DNA of 63,969 nt, filler included, from Octopus bimaculoides (GCF_001194135.2; 6 parts of 5 records of this genome joined end to end with filler, not necessarily neighbours in it); one strand, 5' to 3'; shown: positions 26,570 to 40,580, counted from the whole stretch's first letter. Numbers and translations are program-made. Notes: generated by a model from the letters alone, not told the origin.

Positions 26570-26880
26570 GTGACGGAAATTGAAAGAAGCACCTCATATG
26601 TGTGTGTGCGTGTGTTGGTGTGTGTGTGTTTGTGCGTGTGTGTGTATGTGTGTGTGTGTGTGTGTGTGTTTGCCGTCCCCTCCCCGCCACATCACCGCTT
26701 GACAACCGGTATTGGTGTGTTTGCGTCTCCGTAACTTAGCAGTTCAGCAAAAGACCGATAAGTACGAGGCTTTAAAACAATTAATTTCTAGGGTTGATTT
26801 GTTCGACTAAAACCCCTCAATGCGGTGCTTCAGCATGGCCGCAATCAAATAACTAAAAGAAGTAAAAGAGTGAAAGAGTA
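26570..26880 (+). mobile_element. SINE family B, headless
   Basis: Microsatellite plus 3' half. Confidence 0.8.
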
Positions 26881-26946
26881 GATGCATACGTACATACACA
26901 CATACATACATACATACATACACACATACATACATACATGCATAGT

Positions 26947-26985
<39 letters not shown>

Positions 26986-27009
26986 CACGCATGTACGCAC
27001 ATGTGTGTG

Positions 27010-27245
27010 TTTGTGTGTGTGTGTGCGTGTATGTTTCTGTGTCTGTGTTTGTGTGTCCCCACCATCGCTTGACAACCGATGTTTCTGTGTTTATGTCCCC
27101 GTAACCTAGCGGTTTAGCAAAAGGAAACCGATAGAATAAGTACTAGGCTTGTAAACAATAAGTCCTGGAGTCGATTTGTTCGACTAAAGGCCGTGCTCCA
27201 GCATGGCCGCAGTCAAATGACTGAAACAAGTCGAAAAATGAAAGA
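27010..27245 (+). mobile_element. SINE family B 3' half
   Basis: CATCGCTTGACAACCGAT...GACTGAAACAAG. Confidence 0.85.
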
Positions 27246-27309
27246 AATATACATACACACACATACACATAGGCAAACGGCTCAATCATTTAATTCTATA
27301 TATCTACTC

Positions 27310-27312
27310 TGA

Positions 27313-27367
<55 letters not shown>

Positions 27368-27419
27368 GAAGGAAGGAAGGAAGGAAGGAAGGAAGGAAGG
27401 AAAGAAGGAAGGAAGGAAG

Positions 27420-27454
<35 letters not shown>

Positions 27455-27712
27455 AAGAAAGAACGAAAGAAAGAAAGAACGAAANNNNNNNNNNNNNNNN
27501 NNNNNNNNNNNNNNNNNNNNNNNNNNNNNNNNNNNNNNNNNNNNNNNNNNNNNNNNNNNNNNNNNNNNNNNNNNNNNNNNNNNNNNNNNNNNNNNNNNNN
27601 NNNNNNNNNNNNNNNNNNNNNNNNNNNNNNNNNNNNNNNNNNNNNNNNNNNNNNNNNNNNNNNNNNNNNNNNNNNNNNNNNNNNNNNNNNNNNNNNNNNN
27701 NNNNTACTCTGA

Positions 27713-27768
<56 letters not shown>

Positions 27769-27806
27769 GCGAAAGAAAGAAAGAAAGAAAGAAAGAAAGG
27801 AAGGAA

Positions 27807-27839
<33 letters not shown>

Positions 27840-27894
27840 GAATAGAGAGAGAGAAAGAAAGAAAGAAAGAAAGAACGAAAGAAAGAAAGAACGA

Positions 27895-27930
<36 letters not shown>

Positions 27931-28029
27931 CAGAAAGAAAGACAGAAAGACAGAAAGAAAGAAAGAAACAAAGAAAGAAAGAAAGGAAGAAAGAAAGAAA
28001 CAAAGAAAGAAAGAAAGAAAGAAAGGAAA

Positions 28030-28062
<33 letters not shown>

Positions 28063-28100
28063 AATATAGAAAGAAAGAAAGAGAGAAAGAAAGAAAGGAA

Positions 28101-28134
<34 letters not shown>

Positions 28135-28229
28135 ACGAAAGATAGGAAGGAAGGAAGGAAGGAAAGAAGAAAGAAAGAAGAAAGAAAGAAAGAAAGAAAC
28201 AAACAAACAAACAAACAAACAAAAAAGAT

Positions 28230-28280
<51 letters not shown>

Positions 28281-28335
28281 AAAAAGATAGAAAGAAAGAA
28301 ATAGAGAGAGAGAGAGAGAAAGAAAGAAAGAACGA

Positions 28336-28367
<32 letters not shown>

Positions 28368-28383
28368 CAGAAAGAAAGAAGGA

Positions 28384-28430
<47 letters not shown>

Positions 28431-28437
28431 GAAGGAA

Positions 28438-28479
<42 letters not shown>

Positions 28480-28524
28480 AAGAAAGATAGGAAGAAAGAA
28501 AGAAAGAAAGAAAGGAAGGAAGCT

Positions 28525-28575
<51 letters not shown>

Positions 28576-28576
28576 G

Positions 28577-28627
<51 letters not shown>

Positions 28628-28633
28628 ATGAAA

Positions 28634-28679
<46 letters not shown>

Positions 28680-28784
28680 AATAAAGAAAGAAAGAACGAA
28701 AGAAAGAAAAAAAGATAGAAAGAAAGAAAGAAAGAAAGAACGAAAGAAAGAAAGAACGAAAGAAAGAAAGAAAGGAAGGAAGCT

Positions 28785-28835
<51 letters not shown>

Positions 28836-28860
28836 AATAAAGAAAGAAATAAAGAACTGT
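27310..28860. repeat. About 1.5-kb (GAAA)n/(GGAA)n tetranucleotide satellite with a gap
   Basis: Seen directly; it explains the 699-aa ORF. Confidence 0.97.
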
Positions 28861-29299
28861 CTGAATGCNNNNNNNNNNNNNNNNNNNNNNNNNNNNNNNN
28901 NNNNNNNNNNNNNNNNNNNNNNNNNNNNNNNNNNNNNNNNNNNNNNNNNNNNNNNNNNNNNNNNNNNNNNNNNNNNNNNNNNNNNNNNNNNNNNNNNNNN
29001 NNNNNNNNNNNNNNNNNNNNNNNNNNNNNNNNNNNNNNNNNNNNNNNNNNNNNNNNNNNNNNNNNNNNNNNNNNNNNNNNNNNNNNNNNNNNNNNNNNNN
29101 NNNNNNNNNNNNNNNNNNNNNNNNNNNNNNNNNNNNNNNNNNNNNNNNNNNNNNNNNNNNNNNNNNNNNNNNNNNNNNNNNNNNNNNNNNNNNNNNNNNN
29201 NNNNNNNNNNNNNNNNNNNNNNNNNNNNNNNNNNNNNNNNNNNNNNNNNNNNNNNNNNNNNNNNNNNNNNNNNNNNNNNNNNNNNNNNNNNNNNNNNNC

Positions 29300-29625
<326 letters not shown>

Positions 29626-29946
29626 CTCCTTCTCTCTCGATTTCCATTATCGTTTTTCCTTTTATTTTGCTATTCATTCAAACTCTTTAGTACTCACGCT
29701 TTTCCGTCTCTCTGTGCCGCTCGTTCACACACACACACACACACACACACACGCATATATTCGTTAAATCATATGTTTATACACATTCAAGCAGCACACG
29801 CATCCGTGCACGCCCACAGAGGCCGATACACGCCCAATGAGGAATTGAAGGGTATCGGATGGGCTTTTCATTAAACAAACACACTGGACTCCAATATTAA
29901 ATGACCGTCTTACTTGATTAATGCCTCTGTGTGTATGTGTGTGAGT

Positions 29947-29999
<53 letters not shown>

Positions 30000-30043
30000 T
30001 GCTTATGTGCATACCCATACAAATTGGTATATGTATATATATT

Positions 30044-30075
<32 letters not shown>

Positions 30076-30203
30076 TTTGTATGTATATATATACATACGC
30101 ATATATATGTGTATACACACACATAGATATATTAGCATGTACATATATAGGATATAGGTATATTCATAGGCATATATATACATAGATATACACATATCTA
30201 TAA

Positions 30204-30242
<39 letters not shown>

Positions 30243-30276
30243 TAAGTGTGTATAACTATATACAGGAAGAGGCAGG

Positions 30277-30312
<36 letters not shown>

Positions 30313-30939
30313 AATACATATATCTATGTATACACACATACTCACACGCACGCACACACTTATATACACTTACAGACTCATTATCGTAAACAGAATCACA
30401 TATACATATGAGTGTATGTATNNNNNNNNNNNNNNNNNNNNNNNNNNNNNNNNNNNNNNNNNNNNNNNNNNNNNNNNNNNNNNNNNNNNNNNNNNNNNNN
30501 NNNNNNNNNNNNNNNNNNNNNNNNNNNNNNNNNNNNNNNNNNNNNNNNNNNNNNNNNNNNNNNNNNNNNNNNNNNNNNNNNNNNNNNNNNNNNNNNNNNN
30601 NNNNNNNNNNNNNNNNNNNNNNNNNNNNNNNNNNNNNNNNNNNNNNNNNNNNNNNNNNNNNNNNNNNNNNNNNNNNNNNNNNNNNNNNNNNNNNNNNNNN
30701 NNNNNNNNNNNNNNNNNNNNNNNNNNNNNNNNNNNNNNNNNNNNNNNNNNNNNNNNNNNNNNNNNNNNNNNNNNNNNNNNNNNNNNNNNNNNNNNNNNNN
30801 NNNNNNNNNNNNNNNNNNNNNNNNNNNNNNNNNNNNNNNNNNNNNNNNNNNNNNNNNNNNNNNNNNNNNNNNNNNNNNNNNNNNNNNNNNNNNNNNNNNN
30901 NNNNNNNNNNNNNNNNNNNNNNNNNNNNNNNNNNNNNNN

Positions 30940-30972
<33 letters not shown>

Positions 30973-31347
30973 TGAAGTGAGCCAGACCGTACATGAGAGG
31001 GAGATGAAGAGAGGCATTGACTATGTATGGGCTGGAATATTAAATAATGTCACTGGCTAAATATTATTTTATGGTCCCATAGTCTGGGAGGTACAGACAC
31101 ACCCAGTGAATTATTGATTTCTTACGTTATGCACAGCCAACCTGATAGAGGCGGGTAATGGATTGAACTTCGTATATTTGATTTAGTAGTTACAACTACT
31201 TGCATGGATATGTGTATGTATGTTCGTGGATTTTTTTTCTGTATGCATCGCATACAAGAACGTGTACAAGTGTGTGCATGTGTGTGTGTTTGTATGCTGT
31301 GAATAATGAAGGAGTGAGAGAAATAATGGTAGATAGATTGATTGATT

Positions 31348-31397
<50 letters not shown>

Positions 31398-31479
31398 CAG
31401 ATATTCGTATTCATACATATGTTTACGGTCACATACGCGCTCTGACATTTGTATATGTGTGTATTTATGTATGTATGTG

Positions 31480-31516
<37 letters not shown>

Positions 31517-31734
31517 ATGTGTGTGTGTGTCGTGTGTGTGTGTGTATGCATGTGTGTACACATATATATGCACATATATATACATGAAATATGTATATGT
31601 ATATACATATATGTGCATATATATATGGATACGCACATATATGTATATACATATACATATTTCATATATATATATACATGAAATATGTATATGTATATAT
31701 ATATACGTGTACACACACACATACACACACATAC

Positions 31735-31771
<37 letters not shown>

Positions 31772-31815
31772 NNNNNNNNNNNNNNNNNNNNNNNNNNNNN
31801 NNNNNNNNNNNNNNN

Positions 31816-31827
31816 TTAATTAATTAA
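31816..31827. other. Artificial scaffold-join linker TTAATTAATTAA
   Basis: Centred in a 100-nt N block with stops in all six frames; identical at five sites. Confidence 0.95.
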
Positions 31828-33214
31828 NNNNNNNNNNNNNNNNNNNNNNNNNNNNNNNNNNNNNNNNNNNNATAATATATGCATTAGTGGTTTCATGAAA
31901 CATCTTTGAATTATTCCTTCAGTATTTTTTCTGATGGTTTAATCTATGCAAGCCAATTCAGTTACTGAGGAAACAGATTTTCTTTTTAGTTTTCTACGGC
32001 TTTTCTTTCTTTTCTTTTCTTTTTTGTTTTGCTTTCGAAATTTCAACGTGATATTCATATATATTTTCCTGTCACTGTTTTTTTCTGTTTATCGATTCGT
32101 CTCATGAGAATTCATTTATCCTAAAGGATAATATTTAGGGAACATTGGCTTTCCTCTTTCTTATATACGTATTAGATGCATAAAGCTGACATTGTTGAGA
32201 TAATTATTTTAGTCTTATTTCAACATTTTAGGCCAGCTGAGCCAACTCATATTTCTTAATAAATTCATAGGAATTTAGATTTGACAGATTTGCAGAGTGT
32301 CTTGGGAGATACTGAGCCGTAGGTAATTTTTATAAATATTGTTGAATATATGACAATGTTATGTTTAGACAAGTCATAAGGTGTCATCTTCACAATGGAA
32401 ATATATTTTGTAGTGTTTATAGAAGAGAAATGCGGAATATAATTATCTTTCTTTGGATAAAAGAGACATCTGTTATAAATACAACAGGGTGTCGTATATG
32501 TAATAAAATGAGTAAATAATTTAGCTAACTGAGATTATATGAGCAAATAGTAGACAAAAAGTAAAAAATATAACTTTATTAATATTAGTTGATCGTAATT
32601 TTGGACAACATAAACATTACATATTAGAGTAGATTTAGTTTTTAAAGGCGTCTACTGAAAGCAACGGGTATGTTTTGATATTGTTAGGTCTCCTCAGCGA
32701 AAAAGATTCTTAGCAAAACTAACAGATCAACAGACATATGATCAAGAATGATGTGTGCGCGTATGTGTATGGGCATTTGTGTGTGTGCATGTGTCTGTGT
32801 ATATATGTGTCTGTGTGTGTATGTGTGTACGTTCGAGAAAAACTTTTCCCAACAACGAAACACCATTACAGTATGTTCAACGAACGAACAAGAAAATAAG
32901 TGACACGTCTGCTTTAGACTTGAAATCATTAATCACGTCTAAAACTATGCCGATTGCTGAAAGGGATGTTCATGTCGAATGATGCATCTCGTCATTAGTC
33001 TATGATTCGTAGCTCACCGGAGAAAACACGCTATGTCGGCATGGCATAGGCCTATTTCAAACAACACTTCCACAACCATTTGCCGCGACTCGACTACGCT
33101 GTGTGACACGATTTTTGTCCTTGAGTAGCTGATGTTATTTCGTATTTGCTTACCCCTAGAAAGTATGAAAAATAGTTACTATTTCCTTCAAGCTTTACTT
33201 TTGTTACTTCCAAA

Positions 33215-33390
33215 CAATTCCTCTCAACACATGGTTATGATGCTCCTCCACTACTCTTGCCCATAATCCGTGTTGCACATATTGTCAGTCACAAAGGGCT
33301 ATTCTCAAATGGTCATGGTCAAGCAACTGACAAGCAAATTTAAGGTATTGAGCAAAGTATTTGCTATAACGATATTTGTGCTTCAGCAAC
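33215..33390 (+). mobile_element. Family D repeat fragment
   Basis: Diverged reverse complement of about 15420-15580. Confidence 0.6.
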
Positions 33391-33959
33391 TCAGCACTGA
33401 GCTTGTCTGAAATATAATGGAAAATAGGTTAGATTCAAAACATCGATGTCCAGGTCAAAAAAGCAAAGTTTGAAGGGAATAGTTGTCAATTCCTTTGATT
33501 TCGAGATAGAAGCAAATAGGAAATAACACTGACCAAAGACCAAAAAAAAAAAAAGTAAATAAATAAATAAAAATGTTGTTATAGAATGTTAGCCGAGCGG
33601 GAGGACATTAACGACTTTGGTAGGTGACATAATGTCGCTGAAAGAAAGCGAAATCAAATATAAGATCAAATGCTGCATGGGCAAAAAGTAAAAAGTTTAT
33701 TTCACTGGGACTAAAAATGGCAGATTTTGCAGAGGCGGCAGAAACTCAAAACCTTCAAGATTCCAGTTACAGTTTCAAGTATAAAAATATAGCCTTTCTA
33801 GGAATCCCTCTCACATGGGTAATTATATATTAGCTTTGTGGGAAGCCTAGTTTCCGGGTATTACCCCTTTCGATGACTAATAATGGGTGTGATGGTCTTC
33901 TCAAATGATCCATTCAACTTTCTTCACTATCTCCTTCCTGCATTTTTCTTTGCAATATC

Positions 33960-34047
33960 TTCTTCTTCTTCTTCTTCTTCTTCTTCTTCTTCTTCTTCTT
34001 CTTCTTCTTCTTCTTCTTCTTCTTCTTCTTCTTCTTCTTCTTCTCCG

Positions 34048-34095
<48 letters not shown>
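33960..34095. repeat. (TCT)n(CTA)n microsatellite
   Basis: Seen directly in the sequence. Confidence 0.95.
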
Positions 34096-34404
34096 ACATA
34101 TTTTTTCTTGTCTCCTATTTTATTTTTACGCGCTATTTCACCTTTCTCTCTTCTCTCACTCCCTCCTTTATCATACCTTACCCTCTATGAAGCCTCATAT
34201 TTGTGACCTCATGCTAAGATATCTCCACTCAAGCACTATCACCACCTTTACTCTGACTATGTGCACCGTTTGAATCTTATCATCATTATCTTCATTAGAA
34301 TTATTTTAAGAACATATGTTTAAACATGCTCATTGGTTAATCACTGTTTTCCTATATATCGCTTGCGACGAGATGAGTCATTGTTATCTCTGGCAGTTGA
34401 GCGT

Positions 34405-34451
34405 CCATTAATGATGAAACCAACGAAGGTCGAAATCACGTGATCTGGTGG
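34405..34451 (+). ncRNA. Type-I hammerhead motif, decayed (C3A)
   Basis: CCATTA-ATGATGA-AACC aacgaa GGTC-GAAA-TCACGTGA-T-C-TGGTGG. Confidence 0.7.
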
Positions 34452-34757
34452 TCTCGGCGCTGGAGTTGGTGGGGATTTATCTCCCCGCTAGCGATATGAA
34501 CAAGAGTGCTTTTTGAACCAAAAGCCAATATGAGGGCTTCTCTTATGGTATCTACCGCAGTATGGTTTGTTCTCACAGAACATCTACGTTTAAGTGTGAA
34601 TAAATATTATTTCTCGGTATTAATACTGCCTCTGTCACTAATATATATTTTTTAACAAGCTCATTGGCTAATCGCGATACCAGTGCCTGTTTTCGAGCGG
34701 TTACTGTATATATCACCGGCGGGGCGATGAGTCGCTGCTATCTCTACCTGTCCAGCT

Positions 34758-34805
34758 TTCATCAGCGATGCGACCAAAGAAGGTCGAAATCACGTGATCT
34801 GGTGG
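34758..34805 (+). ncRNA. Type-I hammerhead motif, decayed core
   Basis: TTCATCA-GCGATGC-GACC aaagaa GGTC-GAAA-TCACGTGA-T-C-TGGTGG. Confidence 0.65.
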
Positions 34806-35513
34806 TCTCGGAGCTGGAGGTGGCTGGGATTTATCTCCTCGCAAGTGATATAAAGGAGTGTGGGTTTTGCACCAGAAGCCTATATAAGAGTTTCTTGTAA
34901 TAGAATATCTCGTTGTAATAGAATATCTACGTCTAAGTGAGAATAAATATTACCTCTCGGGATTAGCATTGCCTCTGTCGCTAATATACATTTGTGAAAT
35001 AGTTTTTGGATCAGCTTTGATCTTTAGCTTCTTTATCACACATAAGAAAAGAGAAGTAATTATAGGTAAGTATCTTATAGACTAACGACCCTAATTAGGG
35101 CTAAACAAAATTGGCCTCGTATATTTCTGCTTTTCTCGCCTCACACAATTTTCCACGGCATAGTCTTATTGAGGATCTCAACGATCCATTGGTTATTTCA
35201 ACAAGTTCGAAGATTGCAGGACTTATAAGACCGATTTAGGATCGGTTTCCTTTTATATGAAAGAATTTGAAACCTAATGTGTTATATACAATACCTACCT
35301 ACCTACCTACCTACCTACCTACCTACCTACCTACCTACCTACCTACCTGCTTGCCTGTCTACTTACCTACCTACCTACCTACCTACCTACCTGCCTATAT
35401 ACATACATGCATAGATACATACGTACATACACATACATATACACATGCTCAAATATATATGTTCGTATGTATGTATGTATTCCTACAACTCTATATATGT
35501 AACTGTGCGTATT

Positions 35514-35548
<35 letters not shown>

Positions 35549-35828
35549 CTGTATGTGTGTGTCCCCACCGCACAAGCACGCACACACACACATACGTGTA
35601 CATAATTGATTGTACAAATCCTTAGAGCAAGTGAAAAATCACAGTGAGTAAAACTAAAGAGAAATTCTCAACAAGACTGGAAGGAAACGAGGAAAATACA
35701 AGATTTGTTAGACTAGAAATTCAAAGAAAAATCGTGATTTTAAGGCGAGTGCACCAAGTTACTGAATGCAAAGGAAATTGTACATACGTTAGTATGTTTT
35801 AGCTAAATATATAGGGGTGCACATACTC

Positions 35829-35870
<42 letters not shown>

Positions 35871-35975
35871 GCATATATAAATATGTACATACACACATAT
35901 ATATATATATATACATATATAGTTATATGCATAAATACACAGAAAGACGTTTATAGACGCATTTATATTTATACA

Positions 35976-36010
<35 letters not shown>

Positions 36011-36346
36011 AAGACTGTATGTGTATGATGTACATTTATACATACATGCACATATGCTCAACAGAAATGAAATAAAGTTTAACGTAAGTAAAGCATGATT
36101 TTTGTCATGACTGTTGCTCTCGTCCTCGGGAAATACGAATACAATGCTACTAACTAACAAACCAATTCTGTGTACTTAGGGTTTCGTTTGTATTATACAC
36201 ACATATATGTACTGATACACAAATTCATTCATACATACACGCACACACACACGCGCGCGTGCACGCATATATAATTAGCATTTCACCTAGACATAGGAAT
36301 ACTAATAACCTGGTGCTAAAACTCAGTATACATATGCTACAGAACA

Positions 36347-36731
36347 TGTTGTTGGCACTCCGTCGCTTACGACGTCGAGGGTTCAAGTTGATCCGATCAA
36401 CGGAACAGCCTGCTCGTGAAATTAACGTGCAAGTGGCTGAGCACTCCACAGACACGTGTACTCTTAACGTAGTTCTCGGGGATATTCAGCGTGACACAGT
36501 GTGACAAGGTTAACCCTTTGAATTACAGGCACAACAGAAATAGGAAGTAAGAGCGAGAGAAAGTTGTGGTGAAAGAGTACAGCAGGGTTCGCCACCATCC
36601 CCTGCCGGAGCCTCGTGGAGCTTTAGGTGTTTTCGCTCAATAAACACTTACAATGCCCGGTCTGGGAATCGAAACCGCGATCCTATGACCACGAGTGTGC
36701 TGCCCTAACCACTGGGCCATTGCGCCTCCAC
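36347..36731 (-). mobile_element. SINE family A, full length, flanked by a 52-bp direct repeat
   Basis: Same head and tail as the 4406 copy. Flanks 36295-36346 and 36732-36783 match at 48 of 52 positions. Confidence 0.92.
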
Positions 36732-36904
36732 AGGGATACTAATAACCTGGTGCTAAAACTCAGTGTACGTATGCTCCAGAACAAAGCGTCAGTCGAGTAC
36801 GCAGCACTAATATGAAATTAAAATGACAAGAGAATAAGAAACCTGTCTATTAATCAATCAATCTCTCTCTGTCTTTCTTACACACACGCACATATGTACA
36901 CATA

Positions 36905-37130
36905 TATGTGCGATATCGTGGGTTCGATTCCTAGACCGGGTGTTGCGTCGTGTCCTTAAACAAGGCACTTCATTTCACGTTGCTCTGCAATCATTTGGTC
37001 ATCTGATATGTGGCACCCTTTGCACCTGTACAGGTAATGTAGATTTGATGGAGGGAGTAAGCTTATGTCTACACAAACATTTGATCACTATAAACAAATT
37101 ATCTGTGTGGTTTTTCGGTAAGAAATTGTC
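36905..37130 (+). mobile_element. CORE-like SINE with a different tail
   Basis: GGTTCGATTCC B box followed by GTGTCCTTAAACAAGGCACTTCATTTCAC. Confidence 0.6.
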
Positions 37131-39510
37131 GAATCCTCATACGTGGTCTAACGGGAGAGCCCATCATATATATAGGAAAATAAAATAAAAAAATAAAAAA
37201 ATAAGTGGAAATTTTACCGGTGTGTGTGTTAAATTATAAGGCACAAAAAGAAAATGACTCTCCCCAGACACAACAAAATATGCTGCAACACACGAACTCA
37301 CATAAAGANNNNNNNNNNNNNNNNNNNNNNNNNNNNNNNNNNNNNNNNNNNNNNNNNNNNNNNNNNNNNNNNNNNNNNNNNNNNNNNNNNNNNNNNNNNN
37401 NNNNNNNNNNNNNNNNNNNNNNNNNNNNNNNNNNNNNNNNNNNNNNNNNNNNNNNNNNNNNNNNNNNNNNNNNNNNNNNNNNNNNNNNNNNNNNNNNNNN
37501 NNNNNNNNNNNNNNNNNNNNNNNNNNNNNNNNNNNNNNNNNNNNNNNNNNNNNNNNNNNNNNNNNNNNNNNNNNNNNNNNNNNNNNNNNNNNNNNNNNNN
37601 NNNNNNNNNNNNNNNNNNNNNNNNNNNNNNNNNNNNNNNNNNNNNNNNNNNNNNNNNNNNNNNNNNNNNNNNNNNNNNNNNNNNNNNNNNNNNNNNNNNN
37701 NNNNNNNNNNNNNNNNNNNNNNNNNNNNNNNNNNNNNNNNNNNNNNNNNNNNNNNNNNNNNNNNNNNNNNNNNNNNNNNNNNNNNNNNNNNNNNNNNNNN
37801 NNNNNNNNNNNNNNNNNNNNNNNNNNNNNNNNNNNNNNNNNNNNNNNNNNNNNNNNNNNNNNNNNNNNNNNNNNNNNNNNNNNNNNNNNNNNNNNNNNNN
37901 NNNNNNNNNNNNNNNNNNNNNNNNNNNNNNNNNNNNNNNNNNNNNNNNNNNNNNNNNNNNNNNNNNNNNNNNNNNNNNNNNNNNNNNNNNNNNNNNNNNN
38001 NNNNNNNNNNNNNNNNNNNNNNNNNNNNNNNNNNNNNNNNNNNNNNNNNNNNNNNNNNNNNNNNNNNNNNNNNNNNNNNNNNNNNNNNNNNNNNNNNNNN
38101 NNNNNNNNNNNNNNNNNNNNNNNNNNNNNNNNNNNNNNNNNNNNNNNNNNNNNNNNNNNNNNNNNNNNNNNNNNNNNNNNNNNNNNNTATATATATATAT
38201 ATATATATATATGCATATTTATACATGTCTGCTTAATACAACGCAGATAGAGTCACATGTACACACACACTAACACATATATTTGTTAATATGACCCTGT
38301 GCCAGTAATAATGACGGTAAATTCATTTATTTTACTTAAATGTGACATAATAAAATATTTTCGTATATTTTAAACAAAAATTTGTACATAGTACTATATA
38401 TTTTGTATTGAATTATCTTGGAATTTCGTAATTTATTTTGTATTTACATTGTCAAAAAGAAAAAAGAAATGTAACAACTATAAAAAGGAATTAATAAGTA
38501 TATATATATACATGTGTGTGTGTAAGTAAATAGATAGAGATCTATGTATAAGTATAGAGGTAGATAGAGATCTATAGATAAGTAGAGAGGTAGATAGAGT
38601 AATAGAGACTAGATCTATATATAAGTATACAGGTAAAGAGTTCAGAATTCTATGGGTCAAGTTTGATCTCAAATTATGCGGAAGAAGGTGTTGTAATACA
38701 AATAGACAGATAGATAGGTGGCTATATATGGGTACGGAGGGAAAGAGATAGAAAAGTAGATACAGACGAGATCTATAGCTAAGTATTCCATGGGCCAAGT
38801 TTGATCTTAAATTATGTGAAAAATGACATGAAACTCCATAATTTTGAACAGAGACTAAAAAACGAACAAAATGCATAATGCAGAGATGTTTATGGGCGTG
38901 TGCATGTGTATACATTTGTATGTTTATGTATAAATGTATATATATGTGTGTGTGTACAGATATATATGTGTACGTGTGTGTGTGTGTGTGTGAATAAATA
39001 TATACATAAACTTATAAATACACAATCCCATGAGTTCACAACCTAAATATCAGAAACCCGTGGTCTAAGTCTGACGTCAAAATATGTAAAAGATATGTGA
39101 GATTCCTTAACCATAGGTGCAAATGCGAACAAGTTAGGGCACATACTCAAAATGCATAATGAAGGTGTAGTTATGTGTGTGTGTGTGTGTGTGTGTGTGG
39201 TGTGAGTGTGCGCGCATGTGTGAGTGTGTGCACATATTATGCATCGATGTTTATGTGCATTATCAAAATTTGTTTATTGCAGTATAATTCCAACCCGACA
39301 CGTGTTTCTGCTGGATAAGTGTCTTAGTGCCCTTTGATATAACATTTATGCACATTTAATTGAGTCAGTTGCAGTACATATTTACCCAAGGTAGGCATTC
39401 CCATGCAGTTTCGTTCAAGACTTTACGCATGCGGGCGAATTCATTTCACTCCCACCCCCATGAGTAAAATCTTGAACTGCAAAAGAATATTCTTTTCGTT
39501 TCTATTCTAT

Positions 39511-39709
39511 GTACAAGGCCCGAAATTTTTGAGGAGGGGCCAGTCGATTAGATCGACCCAAGTACGCAACTGGTAATTAATTTATCGACCCCGAAAGGAT
39601 GAAAGGCAAAGTCGAGCTCGGTGGAATTTGAACTCAGAACGTAAAAACAGACGAAATACTGCTAAGCATTTCGCCCGGCGTACTAACGTTTCTACCAGCT
39701 CGCCGCTTT
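39511..39709 (-). mobile_element. SINE family C, full length
   Basis: Complete C consensus. Confidence 0.92.
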
Positions 39710-40283
39710 AAAACTACAAAAGAATATAGGATAAATATGGACTGCAACTGAATAAATGAAATGCACATCAATGCTCCATCAAAGAACAATAGGACACTTA
39801 TCCGACAGAAACACGTGTCTGATTGGAATTTAATGAGGATAATACTGCAATAAATAAATTTTGATAATCTGTAATTCTTCAATCTTCTTTATTTCTTATG
39901 AGTGTGTGTATCTAATTAAATATTTACGTATGTATGTGTGTGCGTACGTATGTCTGCGAATGTATGCACATATATTGTGCATCCGTGCACACATACATAT
40001 CTAAGAGATGGAAACATGCGAAAGAAATCAAAATTAATGTAAGTATTGAGTGATTTAATCGTGACTAAGGCTGCATGTATATCATATCATATGCATGTTT
40101 TTGTTCTTGTGTATAATTTGTCTTTTTTTTTTTTTTTCAAGTTGATCGAAATATCATGAACAGTTCTTTCAGAATAAGATTTTGTTTACGTACATTAAAT
40201 TCCCATTACCTCATACCCACCATATGTACACACATACACNNNNNNNNNNNNNNNNNNNNNNNNNNNNNNNNNNNNNNNNNNNN

Positions 40284-40295
40284 TTAATTAATTAA
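40284..40295. other. Artificial scaffold-join linker
   Basis: TTAATTAATTAA inside an N block. Confidence 0.95.
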
Positions 40296-40415
40296 NNNNN
40301 NNNNNNNNNNNNNNNNNNNNNNNNNNNNNNNNNNNNNNNACACACACACATGTACATATATATGTATTTTATGTGTGCATATACACATATATATATACAC
40401 AAACTCACACACACA

Positions 40416-40462
<47 letters not shown>

Positions 40463-40580
40463 ATATATATATATATACATATACACGCTTATGAATTTCT
40501 GTTGCAAGATTCCTGATGTGAAGTCGTGTGTTGAAACAGATATTCTTCTAGTTCGAGATGGTCATTTTTTCGTTTTTTTG

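Larger units (their letters stand above)
34315..34993 (+). mobile_element. Tandem dimer of an approximately 340-bp unit, each with a hammerhead motif (retrozyme or Penelope pLTR-like)
   Basis: The two units align over their length, with GCTCATTGG at 34328 and 34659 and shared GAAGGTCGAAATCACGTGATCTGGTGGTCTCGG. Confidence 0.8.

Noticed and set aside
34435-34444. CACGTG read as an E-box, with the unit read as an LTR with CCAAT/TATA/AATAAA
   Set aside because: The palindrome is better explained as hammerhead helix III, and there are no TG...CA ends or primer-binding site.
38520-39180. Repeated 30-40-bp modules such as ATGGG.CAAGTTTGATCT.AAATTATG and CAAAATGCATAATG
   Set aside because: They are irregular local duplications among microsatellites, without CRISPR-like periodicity.
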